A stretch of DNA of 64,000 bases from Methanomicrobiales archaeon (GCA_037137755.1 JBAXJR010000001.1:64001-128000), one strand, 5' to 3'; shown: positions 20,329-35,597, counted from the stretch's first letter. Translations and numbers: made by a program. The notes: a model not told the origin generated them from the sequence alone.

Positions 20329-21513
20329 ATGAACCGCCACGGACCGGGACGTCAAAAAGGATATGATGTTGTTATCGTCGGTGCCGGTCCTGCAGGGTGT
20401 GCAGCATCTCTTTCCTGCGTGGAGTACGGGCTTTCTACGCTCTGCATAGAGGAACACGGTACGATCGGGTACCCGGTACAGTGTGCAGGGCTCCTTTCGC
20501 AGAATGCCTTTACTGAATGCAAGGTATCCAGAAAATCTGTGTTAAACGAGGTATCAGGTGCAGAAGTAGTAACAGATTCTGGTAACTGTCTCCTTATCGA
20601 TGCTGGGGAGACAAAAGCGTTTGTTGTTGACCGTGGCATTCTCGACCGCGAGATGGCAGAACGTGCGGCGATGGCAGGTGCTGAGTTTTCGTTAAAGACC
20701 GCGGTATACCGCGTGGACGCGGAAAGGGTCTTCACCCGCGGTATTGACGGTCATGGAGAAGTCTCCTACAAAGTCCTGATCGCGGCTGACGGCCCGAGGA
20801 GCACAATTGCATGTTTGCGGGGAATGAAACGGGCAGGTTTGTACCTGGCGGGTATCCAGTCCGAGATCAATTGTGAAAGCGATCCCCGGTTTGTCGGCGT
20901 GTATCCCGATGCGTCACCGGAATTTTTTGCATGGCGGATTCCAATCGACCGGAAGCGGGTAAGGATTGGGCTTGCCGGGATGACTCGTGTAAAAGAAAAG
21001 TTCTTTTCATTTTCACAACGTTTCAAAGGACCCTGCCTGGATTTCACTCTTGGTACGATACCTATCGGTGTAATGCCTGTTACCTATGGTGACCGGGCTA
21101 TGTATGTTGGTGATGCCGGGGGATTTGCAAAACCCACCTCCGGCGGCGGCGTATATACCGGGATCAGGACAGCCCGTCACGCATCTGCGATTGCGCATTC
21201 CTGTATTGAAAACGCGGCCTTCGATGATACCTCCCTCTCACGGTACGAAAAATTATGGAAACAGGACATTGGAAAAGAGCTCGAACGGGGGCTTTTGATG
21301 TTCCGTATGAGACAGACGCTTGGCCCGGTAGAGACCGATCGCCTTGTCAGGGCCCTGTCGGACCCGGAGATCCTTGAAATTATCAGGCAGTACGGGGACA
21401 TGGACCGGCCGGCAAGAGTAGTGAAAGAACTGCTGAAGAAACCGGCGTTATACCGGCAGTCCGGGATGCTCCTCGGTTGCATGATCAGGATGCTTACCGG
21501 GAATAACGGGTAA
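20329..21513 (+). CDS. Geranylgeranyl reductase family FAD-dependent oxidoreductase
   Basis: GAGPAG, PVQCAG, ADG and GDAGGFAKPTSGGG motifs. Confidence 0.9.
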   Translation: MNRHGPGRQKGYDVVIVGAGPAGCAASLSCVEYGLSTLCIEEHGTIGYPVQCAGLLSQNAFTECKVSRKSVLNEVSGAEVVTDSGNCLLIDAGETKAFVVDRGILDREMAERAAMAGAEFSLKTAVYRVDAERVFTRGIDGHGEVSYKVLIAADGPRSTIACLRGMKRAGLYLAGIQSEINCESDPRFVGVYPDASPEFFAWRIPIDRKRVRIGLAGMTRVKEKFFSFSQRFKGPCLDFTLGTIPIGVMPVTYGDRAMYVGDAGGFAKPTSGGGVYTGIRTARHASAIAHSCIENAAFDDTSLSRYEKLWKQDIGKELERGLLMFRMRQTLGPVETDRLVRALSDPEILEIIRQYGDMDRPARVVKELLKKPALYRQSGMLLGCMIRMLTGNNG

Positions 21514-21704
21514 CTGCAGTATCCTCATGCAAAGTTAAACGCATTTTGTCGAATCCTCTCTTTCTAAAAACCTGCAAGGGGCTCGGAATAAGAGATTGTT
21601 ATTACAAAACGAATACGTTCAGAATAACCTGTAGTACAATATGCTATTGTTAATCCGAAAACTACAAGATGTGTCAGTCCTGATCACTGGTAAGAGTACC
21701 TACT

Positions 21705-22127
21705 ATGACCAGCGAAAATGAGCTCATGCGTATAGGGATATCCCTTCCAAAGAACCTGCTTGACAAGTTTGATGAAATAATCAATTACCGGGGGTATTCA
21801 TCACGGTCGGAAGGGATCAGGGATGCTATCAGAAGTTACATCACTCATTACAAGTGGATGTCAGATGTGAAGGGAGAGAGGCAGGGGGTTATTACCATGA
21901 TTTACGATCATGAACAACGCGGCCTTCTTACTACCCTGACCGATATACAGCACGAATTTATGTCGATAGTACAGGCATCGCTGCATTCCCACGTTACGCA
22001 CGGTCGCTGTCTTGAAGTGATTCTTGTAAGAGGGGACGGTTCCCAGCTGAAGACACTCGCTGAACGGCTTATGTCCCAGAAGGGTGTGGAATCTGTAAAA
22101 TTAACAACAATCATGGTAGGAGAATAA
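21705..22127 (+). CDS. nikR: Nickel-responsive regulator NikR
   Basis: RHH N-terminus (RIGISLP..SRSEGIRDAIR) and metal ligands in QHE..HSH..C. Confidence 0.95.
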   Translation: MTSENELMRIGISLPKNLLDKFDEIINYRGYSSRSEGIRDAIRSYITHYKWMSDVKGERQGVITMIYDHEQRGLLTTLTDIQHEFMSIVQASLHSHVTHGRCLEVILVRGDGSQLKTLAERLMSQKGVESVKLTTIMVGE

Positions 22128-22302
22128 TTTCTGTTTCGTTTTTTTTTGAAATTCTCATTGGTACTGATCTCTTACAAATCCTTATCCTGATGGATTCTCC
22201 TTGTTATTCAGGTTTTTATCACCGTGAATTCTGAGTTAATGTGTGTGAATATTTTCAAAATATTTTTCATAAAATTCTAAAACAAAAACTATTATACATC
22301 AA

Positions 22303-22334
22303 AAGTATTACAAAATAGTATAATGGTAATACTT
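22303..22334 (+). promoter_or_regulatory. NikR-type operator just downstream of the TATA box of the ECF operon
   Basis: AAGTATTAC-N14-GTAATACTT perfect inverted repeat (= GTATTA-N16-TAATAC, the same geometry as E. coli GTATGA-N16-TCATAC); TATTATA at 22290-22296. Confidence 0.8.
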
Positions 22335-22346
22335 CGGTGAACCGGC

Positions 22347-23000
22347 ATGCACATACCTGATGCATTTATGCCAATATGGCAGGGAGCAATCTACTGGGTA
22401 ATTGCCCTTGTCTTTGTGTACCTCTCCTTACGGTGGGCAAAGAATGAACTGAATGAGGAGAAACTGCCCCTTGTAGCCGTTCTTGCAGCCGGGATTTTTG
22501 CGCTCCAGTCCTTTAACCTTCCCGTATCAATGGGGACGAGCGGGCACCTGGTAGGTGGTGCGCTGGTGGCAATAATCCTCGGTTCACCGTTTGCAGCGGT
22601 TTTCATACTGACACTGGTGCTGATTGTCCAGGGTATCATGTTTGGCGATGGCGGGATTACCACAATGGGCGCGAATATCCTCAATATGGGGGTAGTCGGG
22701 GGCTTTGTAGGGTTCTATAGTTTCAAAGGATTGAAGGCTGCAACGGGAACAATGCCGGTCTCTGCGTTTATCGCCGCATGGCTGGCCTGCGTGATACCGG
22801 CACTCTGCGCCGCTGTTGAACTCTGGTTTGCCGGGACCTTCCCACTCGAGGCGGGTCTGATTGCAATGGGATTGTACCATGCAGTCATCGGTGTGGTTGA
22901 GGGTGTTATTACCGTTGCCGCGATTTACCTGATCGTGAGTGTGAGGCCTGACATGGTAGATGAAGGAGTAATGCCTGCAAAGGCAGGTGCTGTTGCATGA
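22347..23000 (+). CDS. cbiM: ECF Ni/Co transporter substrate component (NikM/CbiM)
   Basis: MHIPD N-terminus, GTSGHLVG, FGDGGIT..GAN motifs. Confidence 0.92.
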   Translation: MHIPDAFMPIWQGAIYWVIALVFVYLSLRWAKNELNEEKLPLVAVLAAGIFALQSFNLPVSMGTSGHLVGGALVAIILGSPFAAVFILTLVLIVQGIMFGDGGITTMGANILNMGVVGGFVGFYSFKGLKAATGTMPVSAFIAAWLACVIPALCAAVELWFAGTFPLEAGLIAMGLYHAVIGVVEGVITVAAIYLIVSVRPDMVDEGVMPAKAGAVA

Positions 23001-23356
23001 TTGATAATAAAACGTTACTTGCAGGCGGACTTATCATTGCCATTCTTACCGGGGTGGTAGCAGTCTTCCTTGCCTCAAGTGACCCGGATGGCCTGGAAAG
23101 TACCGCTCTGATAATCCAGGGCGGAAAGACCCTCACCGGACCGACACCCCCAGATGCAGAAATCGTGGAGAATATGGACGGCAAGTTCGCTTATTCAGCA
23201 CCGATGCCTGATTATTCGCTTGGTGAGGGGAGTGGTTCTATGGGGGGAATTCTTGCAATAGTTGGTGGTACACTCTTCGCATTCCTCGTTGCCATTGGCC
23301 TGATATACGCTTTAAAGGTCTCAGGTAAGAAAAATCCCCCAAAGGCAAACCAATAG
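22997..23356 (+). CDS. PDGLE-domain protein (NikN-like)
   Basis: ASSDPDGLE, APMPDY, two TM helices; ATGA overlap with cbiM. Confidence 0.9.
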   Translation: MIDNKTLLAGGLIIAILTGVVAVFLASSDPDGLESTALIIQGGKTLTGPTPPDAEIVENMDGKFAYSAPMPDYSLGEGSGSMGGILAIVGGTLFAFLVAIGLIYALKVSGKKNPPKANQ

Positions 23357-23391
23357 GCATTTAATTTTTCTAATCCCAGTTCTGGTCACTC

Positions 23392-24225
23392 ATGCATCTC
23401 ATCGAAACCCGCGATCTCTGTTATACGTATCCTGGCAATGTTACTGCATTGCACCATGTCAATTTTATAGCCCCACGAAAAGCACGCATCGCAGTCATAG
23501 GGTCCAATGGAGCCGGTAAAAGTACACTTTTTAAACATTTTAACGGGATTTTTAAACCTACCTCGGGATCGGTGTTAGTCCAGGGAGAGCCGATTACGAA
23601 GACAAACATCCGCAATGTCCGTAAGTTTGTCGGCATTGTATTCCAAAACCCGGATGACCAGATCTTTTCACCGACGGTCGAACAGGATGTTGCATTTGGC
23701 CCCACCAATCTTGGTCTCGATGAGGAAACCGTGCAGCATCGTGTTGAAGAAGCGCTCCATATCGTTGGTATTGAACACCTTGCAAACCGCGTCCCCCATC
23801 ACCTGAGCGGAGGCGAAAAGAAAAGGGTGGCAATTGCGGGTGTTGTGGCAATGGAACCGCAGGTGCTGGTACTCGATGAACCGACTGCAGGACTTGACCC
23901 CCAGGGCGTACGTGATTTTAACCATTTTTGCAACTCCCTTTCTCAGAAGTATGGCCTCACCGTCATTTTTTCAACACACGATGTCTCTCTTGTACCTGAA
24001 ATCGCCGATTACGTGTATGTAATGAACAAGGGATCAATTATGGCGTCTGGGACGATCGAAGAGATATTTGTGCAGATGGAGATGCTCCAGTCTGTCCGGC
24101 TCGATGTACCGGTATTACCAAAATTAATCCGTTCCCTCCAGGAACATGGTGTCGATATCAACATGGGATATACCTTTGAAGAAGTTGAAAAGGTATTCCT
24201 AGAAGCATTCGGGAAGAGGGTATGA
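23392..24225 (+). CDS. cbiO: ECF transporter ATPase (CbiO/NikO)
   Basis: GSNGAGKST, FQNPDDQ, LSGGEKKRV and DEPT motifs. Confidence 0.93.
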   Translation: MHLIETRDLCYTYPGNVTALHHVNFIAPRKARIAVIGSNGAGKSTLFKHFNGIFKPTSGSVLVQGEPITKTNIRNVRKFVGIVFQNPDDQIFSPTVEQDVAFGPTNLGLDEETVQHRVEEALHIVGIEHLANRVPHHLSGGEKKRVAIAGVVAMEPQVLVLDEPTAGLDPQGVRDFNHFCNSLSQKYGLTVIFSTHDVSLVPEIADYVYVMNKGSIMASGTIEEIFVQMEMLQSVRLDVPVLPKLIRSLQEHGVDINMGYTFEEVEKVFLEAFGKRV

Positions 24226-25043
24226 TCGAAGAACTTTTTGACATCGAGCGATATGCGTACCGGGACAGTATTATGCACCGTCTCGATGCAAGGGTCAAGA
24301 TCATTGTCGCATTTGCTGCAATTATCGCGATGGTTTCGATACCCTATTCTCCTGTTGTACTCACGGTAGGAGCAGTTTTTTTTATTTTTTTTATTGTGCT
24401 CTGGTCACTTACCCGGTTATCCCCGATGGTATACCTGAGGCGTGCCCTGTTGATTATTCCCCTGTGGGGAATCGTCATCCTGTTCCAGATATTTATTAAA
24501 AACCCTTATTACACTGAATATACTACGGTGGCAACCTTGCCGTTCGGGATTAATATCTATGCCGAGTCGATCCAGTTTGCATTCATCCTGCTGGTAAAAT
24601 TCGTTATTACCATATCATTCATTATCCTCCTTTCATCGACGACGAAGGTGCAGGACATGCTGGACGGCGGACGAAGGCTGGGGCTTCCTGCAGAATTTGC
24701 TCTTGCCCTCGGCATGATGATCCGTTACCTGTTTGTCTTTGGCTACATGTACAGGAAGATCGTCCAGGCACTCGAAACCAAGGCGTTCGATCCATTTGAC
24801 CGGAACCTTCCCTACCAGTACCGGATGCGCCAGATTGGATATACAATCGGGACCATGTTCATCAGGTCATACGAGCAGGGGGAGCGAGTATATACGAGCA
24901 TGCTGTGCAGGGGATATGGCAGGCAAAGCCACCTGTTTTTAAAGAAAAAAGGATTTAAAACTTCTGAATGGACATTTCTCGTAATCTGCCTTGGATTCAT
25001 TATTATCATACCCGTCATGGCCTGGCTGAAACATGTATCATGA
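24222..25043 (+). CDS. cbiQ: ECF transporter T component (CbiQ/NikQ)
   Basis: HRLDARVK and RSYEQGERVYTSMLCRGY motifs. Confidence 0.92.
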   Translation: MIEELFDIERYAYRDSIMHRLDARVKIIVAFAAIIAMVSIPYSPVVLTVGAVFFIFFIVLWSLTRLSPMVYLRRALLIIPLWGIVILFQIFIKNPYYTEYTTVATLPFGINIYAESIQFAFILLVKFVITISFIILLSSTTKVQDMLDGGRRLGLPAEFALALGMMIRYLFVFGYMYRKIVQALETKAFDPFDRNLPYQYRMRQIGYTIGTMFIRSYEQGERVYTSMLCRGYGRQSHLFLKKKGFKTSEWTFLVICLGFIIIIPVMAWLKHVS

Positions 25044-25095
25044 GTCTGAATGGGACATAGAGTAGTTTAATCAACTTCGGGTATATCCTATTAGC

Positions 25096-25404
25096 ATGCA
25101 AAGCAGATTCGGTCGTGGGTTTATTGTTAACCTGTCGTTAATAAGCCGGCATTTTGCCTTACCCCCTGAACAGGCGTGGCCTGGTGTCGCTGACCACCTT
25201 GATGAGATGGTCCTTCCGGCATTATTTAAAGGGACTGAAATTGAACCGCTTGTCGAAAGCCTTCGGAAGCATATTATCTGGCATGTCCCGGGTACAATGG
25301 ACAAAGAAGACGCAAAAGAAGTGAACCGTATCCTCGACCGTCTTGCCGTTGAAATTGACAGAAATCTCGGGATAAAAGATGCTGAATTAGGCGAGTTTCA
25401 CTAA
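25096..25404 (+). CDS. Hypothetical protein (102 aa) upstream of gyrB
   Basis: Protein-like composition; fills the gap between cbiQ and gyrB; TATAT-like element upstream. Confidence 0.65.
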   Translation: MQSRFGRGFIVNLSLISRHFALPPEQAWPGVADHLDEMVLPALFKGTEIEPLVESLRKHIIWHVPGTMDKEDAKEVNRILDRLAVEIDRNLGIKDAELGEFH

Positions 25405-25503
25405 TCAAGGTTCACCCGGACTCATCAGGATTAAGTGCTGAAACAACCAATACTGTGTGTGATTGACGATCTGTTTACTGAAGAGTTTTTTTTGTGGGGG
25501 TAA

Positions 25504-29941
<4,438 letters not shown>

Positions 29942-30262
29942 CCATCACTATTTTTTTTTCTTCGAATTTTTATCCCGGGAGGGACAGGTGATAAAAAATC
30001 CTGCTGTGAACCGGTTACTATTCAGGCTTTCATTACAATTGCGAAAAGGCTGCGGAAGCAGTCAATAATGAAAAAAGGGGCGTACCTTGCATGATACAGT
30101 TTATATGCCGGCAGGATTTTTGTTGCCAATCACAGGTTTTTCATTCTACATGGTATCCTATGATTATTACATTATACGTGACATTTGTTCCTTTTCCAGG
30201 GGTAACATTCTGTCATACGGAATGGGGTAACCGTTATCTCATCCTGCAAAAAAGAATGGAGT

Positions 30263-30682
30263 ATGTTCCGGAAGATACTGGAGTTCCAGACGCATGGTGA
30301 AGGAGAGATGGTGAATATAACCCCTGGTGTTAAAAAAATTGTGGATGAGAGCGGGGTTTTGAATGGTCTCGTCAATATCTTCGTGACCGGTTCTACGGCC
30401 GCAATCACAACCATCGAATACGAAGAAGGAGTGCTGCAGGATTTCAGGAGGGCCCTTTCGGTTCTTGCTCCGGATTCTGTTCCGTATGATCATGATACCC
30501 GGTGGGGTGACGGAAACGGAAGGTCCCATGTGAAGGCGTCATGCATCGGCCCCTCCCTGACCGTTCCTGTAATGGATGGGGCTCTTATGTGCGGGACCTG
30601 GCAGCAGGTCGTGATCGTTGAACTGGATGTCAGGTCCGGGCGAAAAAGGACCGTTGTGGTTACCGTGGATGGAACTAAGTAA
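30263..30682 (+). CDS. YjbQ / UPF0047 family protein
   Basis: GSTAAITTIE, HD..DGNGRSH and GTWQ motifs. Confidence 0.9.
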   Translation: MFRKILEFQTHGEGEMVNITPGVKKIVDESGVLNGLVNIFVTGSTAAITTIEYEEGVLQDFRRALSVLAPDSVPYDHDTRWGDGNGRSHVKASCIGPSLTVPVMDGALMCGTWQQVVIVELDVRSGRKRTVVVTVDGTK

Positions 30683-30911
30683 ATACAAGGGAGAAAAAGC
30701 AAATTCCGCGACCTGATTAAAAAAAATCCATAAATTGTCAGTCTGGTATAACCATACCCCATCTCAGGTCCTGGGTGCGGATAGCGTGAATAATCAGGAG
30801 ATTTTTCTCATATAGAGTAAAAGCATCATACGCTCTTGCCTGTGAAATCTCTGTGTTCAGCTTTTTTTGTTCATGGCTGATTAAATAAAAAGGAAGGATC
30901 TGCCGGGATAG

Positions 30912-31175
30912 TCAGTCGAGCGGAATAGTCTCGAGCTGGGATACCAGTTCCCAGATCCTGGTTCTTGCATGCACCGGCATGTTGGGATCATTGCTTATTT
31001 CGTCAATTTTTGAGATTGCCTCCGCGGCACGGAGACCTATTCCCTTGTTGGAATTCGTGAGCAGCACCCGTGTTTCATCTGCGACGCGCCTGATATTTCT
31101 CGGTATTGTGTTATCATCCATGATGTGCTGCAGCATCTGGACGCAATTCTCTATTGTTTTTTCTGGATTAGTCAT
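30912..31175 (-). CDS. UPF0147 family protein
   Basis: [10 protein letters not shown] and [15 protein letters not shown] motifs. Confidence 0.9.
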   Translation of the reverse strand: MTNPEKTIENCVQMLQHIMDDNTIPRNIRRVADETRVLLTNSNKGIGLRAAEAISKIDEISNDPNMPVHARTRIWELVSQLETIPLD

Positions 31176-31231
31176 GATATCACCCTTCGTGAGCTTCTCT
31201 CTATTATTACTAATATCCCGCCTTATATAGT

Positions 31232-31636
31232 TTGATACACCAACCTAACAATCAGGTGTTACATATACCCGAGAAGAAACCCGACGATGTAATGGCTGAA
31301 TACCTCCTGAAAGGGGCAAAGATGCTGGCAAAAACGTGCCCTGCCTGTGGATCGCCACTGTTCACCTACAAGGACAGGACATTCTGCGTGATGTGTGAAC
31401 TGGAAAATGAAAAAGCAACAGAAAAAACAAGGAAGGCCATTAAAAAACCCGTTGAACTATCGAAAGTAGAAACCCGGGAGTCTGCGCCGGTTACAGAACT
31501 TGCATGTACACTCGAGACAACATTGATCACACTCTCCGAAAGGATTGCCTGCGAACCTGATCCTGACCGCTGTCTTTCCCTGATGAATACGGTTAAAAAA
31601 GGGATAGAAGCCCTGAAACTCCTTGCTCAGCCGTAA
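31232..31636 (+). CDS. UPF0148 / Sjogren autoantigen-like Zn-ribbon protein (start uncertain)
   Basis: [29 protein letters not shown]. Confidence 0.85.
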   Translation: MIHQPNNQVLHIPEKKPDDVMAEYLLKGAKMLAKTCPACGSPLFTYKDRTFCVMCELENEKATEKTRKAIKKPVELSKVETRESAPVTELACTLETTLITLSERIACEPDPDRCLSLMNTVKKGIEALKLLAQP

Positions 31637-33879
31637 GGGTGCCTCGATAATTCGTATATCTTTTTCGCCCGCTTCTCCCCGATACCGGGAGCTTCGGATA
31701 ACGCTTTTTCATCTGCGTTCACAATTCCCTGCACCGAGCCAAAATGCTCGAGCAGCAGTCTCGCATTTTTAAGCCCGATTTCAGGGAAAGAACCAACTAT
31801 ACTCTCCTGCTGCTCCATGTGCGAATGGTAGGGTTTTCGGATCGATGGCGCCCGTTCTCCACGCTCCTCATATTCCCGCCTGGCAATGACAAGAAGCATC
31901 GCCGCAGTATCAGCCTCGTCCCTGGTTGTGAGCAATGTCACCCCGAGATCGATGGTAATCGCAGAAAGAGTTCCCCGGATTGCATTCGGGTGAATATTTC
32001 TCTCCTGGTAGAGGTCATCTCCTTCAATGACCAGTACAGGCCGGATGCAGGAGGTTGCGAGTGACCGTACCTGCCCGAGGAGATCGCGATCTACAAGGGT
32101 ATCGGCAAAATCCCTGGTAGTCTTCCGCTCGACTATTATCCGGTCTCCTATTACATAATCACCGACAGGTAATCTCTGGATACTAATCGTTGCCCCCATG
32201 GCATGGAGTGATTCCACCACCTTCGATGAAGTTTCACGGTCATCGACCACAATCGCAGGCCCCGTCCCGGAGGGGGCATCCGCTGCAGTAAACTCTTCGA
32301 TACAGGTCTGGGTTGGTTTACCCTCGCCGGAAAACGGCGGTGACAGGTTATTGCCGATTTGCCGTATCCCTTTGGCCATCGCCCGTTCCCGTGACTGGCT
32401 CACATACCGGAACGTCTCATCCTGTGTCCCTTTTGTCACAAGAACAATTATCTTTCCGTGACCACTCCTCCCGGTCCTTCCTTTACGCTGGATGCTACGT
32501 ATTTCGGAGGGTACTGCTTCATAAAAAACGACAAGGTCCGTGGAAGGGACATCAAGCCCCTCCTCCCCGACCGAGGTGGCGACAAGTACCCGGAACTCAC
32601 CTGCCCTGAATCTCCGGAGTGCATCGATCTGTTTTTTCTGGCTCAGTCCTTTCTCAGCATCTTTCGTTGCCTGCCCGACAAACCGTTCACACGGGATTCC
32701 CTGAGTGGTCAGCCGGTCAACGATCAGCTGGACTGCATCCCGGTAGGTCGCAAACACAATGATCCTGCTGTCAGTCGAATTCCGAAGCTCTGACTTTACA
32801 ATTGCATCAACAATTCCGAGTTTCGGGTGAAGCTCGCATTCCCACCCGTTCACCCGGTCCATGAGGCTTGTGAATACCGGGTCCTGGGCAAGCCTGCGGC
32901 TCGCCTTGGAACCGGATGGAGAGGTTGCTTCCGCGGCAAGGCGGGAGAGGTAGGTTTTCAGGACCTGGCTTCCCTGTGATTCCGCAAGTCCCACCGCGTG
33001 TTTTAACTTCATGATCTCAGCATAGACCGAGGCCGCCGCAAACCCGGCGGGCTCCCGTTGCTGGATCTTCTCCTGTACCTGAGCATTGATTGCATTGAGG
33101 GCTTTCATTGAGAGCTGCTGACGTTTTGGAACAGAAAACCCTGATCCTGCCAGCATCTTCAGCCGTTCATCGAGTAGCCTGTTAAGGTGGTCAAGTGCCT
33201 TCTCCAGCTCCGGGGGCAGTGAAACGCTGATGATTTCAATATCCCGCTCGTGGATATAGGGCCGTACATCCGGGTCATCCTCGTTCCTTGTCTCTACCTG
33301 CTCGATCCCGATATTTGCACAGACCTCTCTCACCTTTTCCTGCTGGCCGCCGGGTGATGCGGTCATGGCCAGAATTCTCGGGTTTTTCGACTGGGCACGG
33401 TACTGCTCAGCAAGAAATACGTAGGCATAGTTTCCAACGGCCCGGTGACACTCGTCAATAATCATCAGGGTCACTTCCTGCAGTGAATAGCGTCCCGCAA
33501 GGATATCGTTCTTGATAACCTGTGGTGTAGCAAAAATAACCCTCGCCTGTTCCCATTCACTTGTGCGCTGTTCACCCGGGGTTTCACCGGTAAACATCAC
33601 AAAATGCGGGTTATCACCGGTATCCGGCAAAACGAGAAGGTTTTCAAAATATCTCAGGTGTTGTTCGACAAGCGGCTTGGTAGGGGCTAACATGAGTACT
33701 TTACCCCCCTCGTTGTACAACCGCGATGCGGCAACAATCAGCGCCACGGCCGTCTTCCCAAGGCCGGTCGGGAGGACAACGAGCGTATTTGCATCAAGCG
33801 CCCGCATCGCGATAGTGAGTTGATACTCCCTCGATTCAAGGCTATCGGGTCGTATCAGCGGGTGGTTGATGCAGGTCAT
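31627..33879 (-). CDS. hef: Hef helicase/nuclease (FANCM/ERCC4-like)
   Basis: PTGLGKT, DECH, TASPG, QRKGRTGR, ERCC4 GDY..ERKT and C-terminal HhH motifs. Confidence 0.95.
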   Translation of the reverse strand: MTCINHPLIRPDSLESREYQLTIAMRALDANTLVVLPTGLGKTAVALIVAASRLYNEGGKVLMLAPTKPLVEQHLRYFENLLVLPDTGDNPHFVMFTGETPGEQRTSEWEQARVIFATPQVIKNDILAGRYSLQEVTLMIIDECHRAVGNYAYVFLAEQYRAQSKNPRILAMTASPGGQQEKVREVCANIGIEQVETRNEDDPDVRPYIHERDIEIISVSLPPELEKALDHLNRLLDERLKMLAGSGFSVPKRQQLSMKALNAINAQVQEKIQQREPAGFAAASVYAEIMKLKHAVGLAESQGSQVLKTYLSRLAAEATSPSGSKASRRLAQDPVFTSLMDRVNGWECELHPKLGIVDAIVKSELRNSTDSRIIVFATYRDAVQLIVDRLTTQGIPCERFVGQATKDAEKGLSQKKQIDALRRFRAGEFRVLVATSVGEEGLDVPSTDLVVFYEAVPSEIRSIQRKGRTGRSGHGKIIVLVTKGTQDETFRYVSQSRERAMAKGIRQIGNNLSPPFSGEGKPTQTCIEEFTAADAPSGTGPAIVVDDRETSSKVVESLHAMGATISIQRLPVGDYVIGDRIIVERKTTRDFADTLVDRDLLGQVRSLATSCIRPVLVIEGDDLYQERNIHPNAIRGTLSAITIDLGVTLLTTRDEADTAAMLLVIARREYEERGERAPSIRKPYHSHMEQQESIVGSFPEIGLKNARLLLEHFGSVQGIVNADEKALSEAPGIGEKRAKKIYELSRHPYG

Positions 33880-35597
33880 GGACAGATTGTGGAGAAACTT
33901 CCTTTTCCTTCGATAAGGTCCCCGATTATGGAAGGGACACGGTCGAGTGGTACTCTTACCTGTGTCATGGTGTCCCTTTCCCGGATAGTGACGGTCTGGT
34001 CCTCTTTCGTATCATAATCAATAGTAATACAGAAAGGCGTGCCTATCTCATCCTGCCTCCTGTACCGACGTCCTATTGCCCCTGAATCATCGTATTCGGC
34101 GAGTATATGGCGCTCATGGAGCCTGCGGGTAAGCTGGTCGGCGATTGTTTCAAGCCCGTCACGGTTCATTAAGGGGAATACTGCAACCTGGACTGGTGCA
34201 ACAAGGGGGGGGAGGCGGAGCACACGGCGTTCTTCACCATCAACTATCTCTTCATCATAGCTCTGTTCAAGGACTGCGTAGCACATCCGGTCAATACCGT
34301 ACGAGGGTTCTATGACATGTGGCCGGACATCTTCTCCTGCAACGTCAACCTCCTCTTCAATAACCTTGTAAAGGTCCTTTGGGACAAAGAACTGTTCTGA
34401 TCCAACGGTAACGGTAATCCCATCCGGACCGGGTTCTGTTGTTGCGAGAGCATCCGCAATATCCTTCGCTTTCCCGCGGTACTTCGGGCCGAGGGCTCCC
34501 ATGTCGGCGACGACTCTCCTTCTTTGTACCCGTTTTGGGGTCTCATATTGGATAAAGACCGTAAATGACTGGCCACTCTGTTTTTCATGAGCCCGAAGGT
34601 CGTAATCTGTACGGTCCGCGATCCCGACCGTTTCTACCCAGCCGAAGCGTTCAGAGCGGATCTCCGCATCCCAGCAGTCTTCTGCATAATGGGCAAGTTC
34701 GTCGGGCAGGTGCTGCCGGAACCTGAGCCGGTCAGGTTTTACACCGATCCGGACAAGGAGCTGATGGGTCAGTGCGAGGTAATATGCTACATATTCGTTC
34801 GCGATAATTCCCTTGTCCACGGCAGTTCTCATCGTCATGGTTATCGGCGCTGAATTATCCTGTTGCTGCTTCTGCCCGAACAGCGGGACCTCGTACTCCG
34901 CATATCGTGCAAAACGAGGGTGGTTCTTTTCTTCGGGATGTACGAAGATCTCTGCTTCAGCCTGGGTAAACTCACGAAGCCTTATCATGCCCTGTCTCGG
35001 GGAGATCTCGTTCCGGTAGGATTTTCCTATCTGTACTGCCCCGAATGGCAGTTTGTCGCGGTAAAAGCGGAGAAGTCGCTGGAAATCGGTAAACATACCT
35101 TGTGCAGTCTCGGGTCGCAAGTAACCCTTCCGCTGGGACCCGGGCCCTATCGTGGTCTGGAACATCAGGTTGAATGGGAAGACCTCAACCTTCCCGATAG
35201 GTTCCTCACAGACCGGGCATGTGAGTGGGACCAGTGCAGCAGAAAGTTGCTCTTCTGACATCGTTGAAGCCCCGGCAACACCCCCGCCTTCAACGACATG
35301 GTCGGCACGCAGGTATTCTTTGCAGTGAGGGCACTGGAACATCTTGTCGGAAAAACCCTTGACGTGTCCTGAGGCGATAAAAATTGACTCCTGGCCGATG
35401 GTTGGACATTCAATCTCGTAATATCCTTCCTGTATTACGTAAAAAGAACGCCAGACATCTTCGATCCGACGCTTCATCATGGAACCAAGCGGTCCATAAT
35501 CGATAAACCCCGCTACGGCCCCGTAACACTCTGATGTCGGCCATACAAAACCGCGTCGTTTGGTAAGATCATTTATTTTATCGTATACATCGCTCAT
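33876..35597 (-). CDS. glyS: Glycyl-tRNA synthetase (archaeal/eukaryotic type)
   Basis: LRPETAQG, RNEISPRQG, HYAEDCWD, IEPSYGIDR and RRYRRQDEIG motifs. Confidence 0.96.
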   Translation of the reverse strand: MSDVYDKINDLTKRRGFVWPTSECYGAVAGFIDYGPLGSMMKRRIEDVWRSFYVIQEGYYEIECPTIGQESIFIASGHVKGFSDKMFQCPHCKEYLRADHVVEGGGVAGASTMSEEQLSAALVPLTCPVCEEPIGKVEVFPFNLMFQTTIGPGSQRKGYLRPETAQGMFTDFQRLLRFYRDKLPFGAVQIGKSYRNEISPRQGMIRLREFTQAEAEIFVHPEEKNHPRFARYAEYEVPLFGQKQQQDNSAPITMTMRTAVDKGIIANEYVAYYLALTHQLLVRIGVKPDRLRFRQHLPDELAHYAEDCWDAEIRSERFGWVETVGIADRTDYDLRAHEKQSGQSFTVFIQYETPKRVQRRRVVADMGALGPKYRGKAKDIADALATTEPGPDGITVTVGSEQFFVPKDLYKVIEEEVDVAGEDVRPHVIEPSYGIDRMCYAVLEQSYDEEIVDGEERRVLRLPPLVAPVQVAVFPLMNRDGLETIADQLTRRLHERHILAEYDDSGAIGRRYRRQDEIGTPFCITIDYDTKEDQTVTIRERDTMTQVRVPLDRVPSIIGDLIEGKGSFSTICP

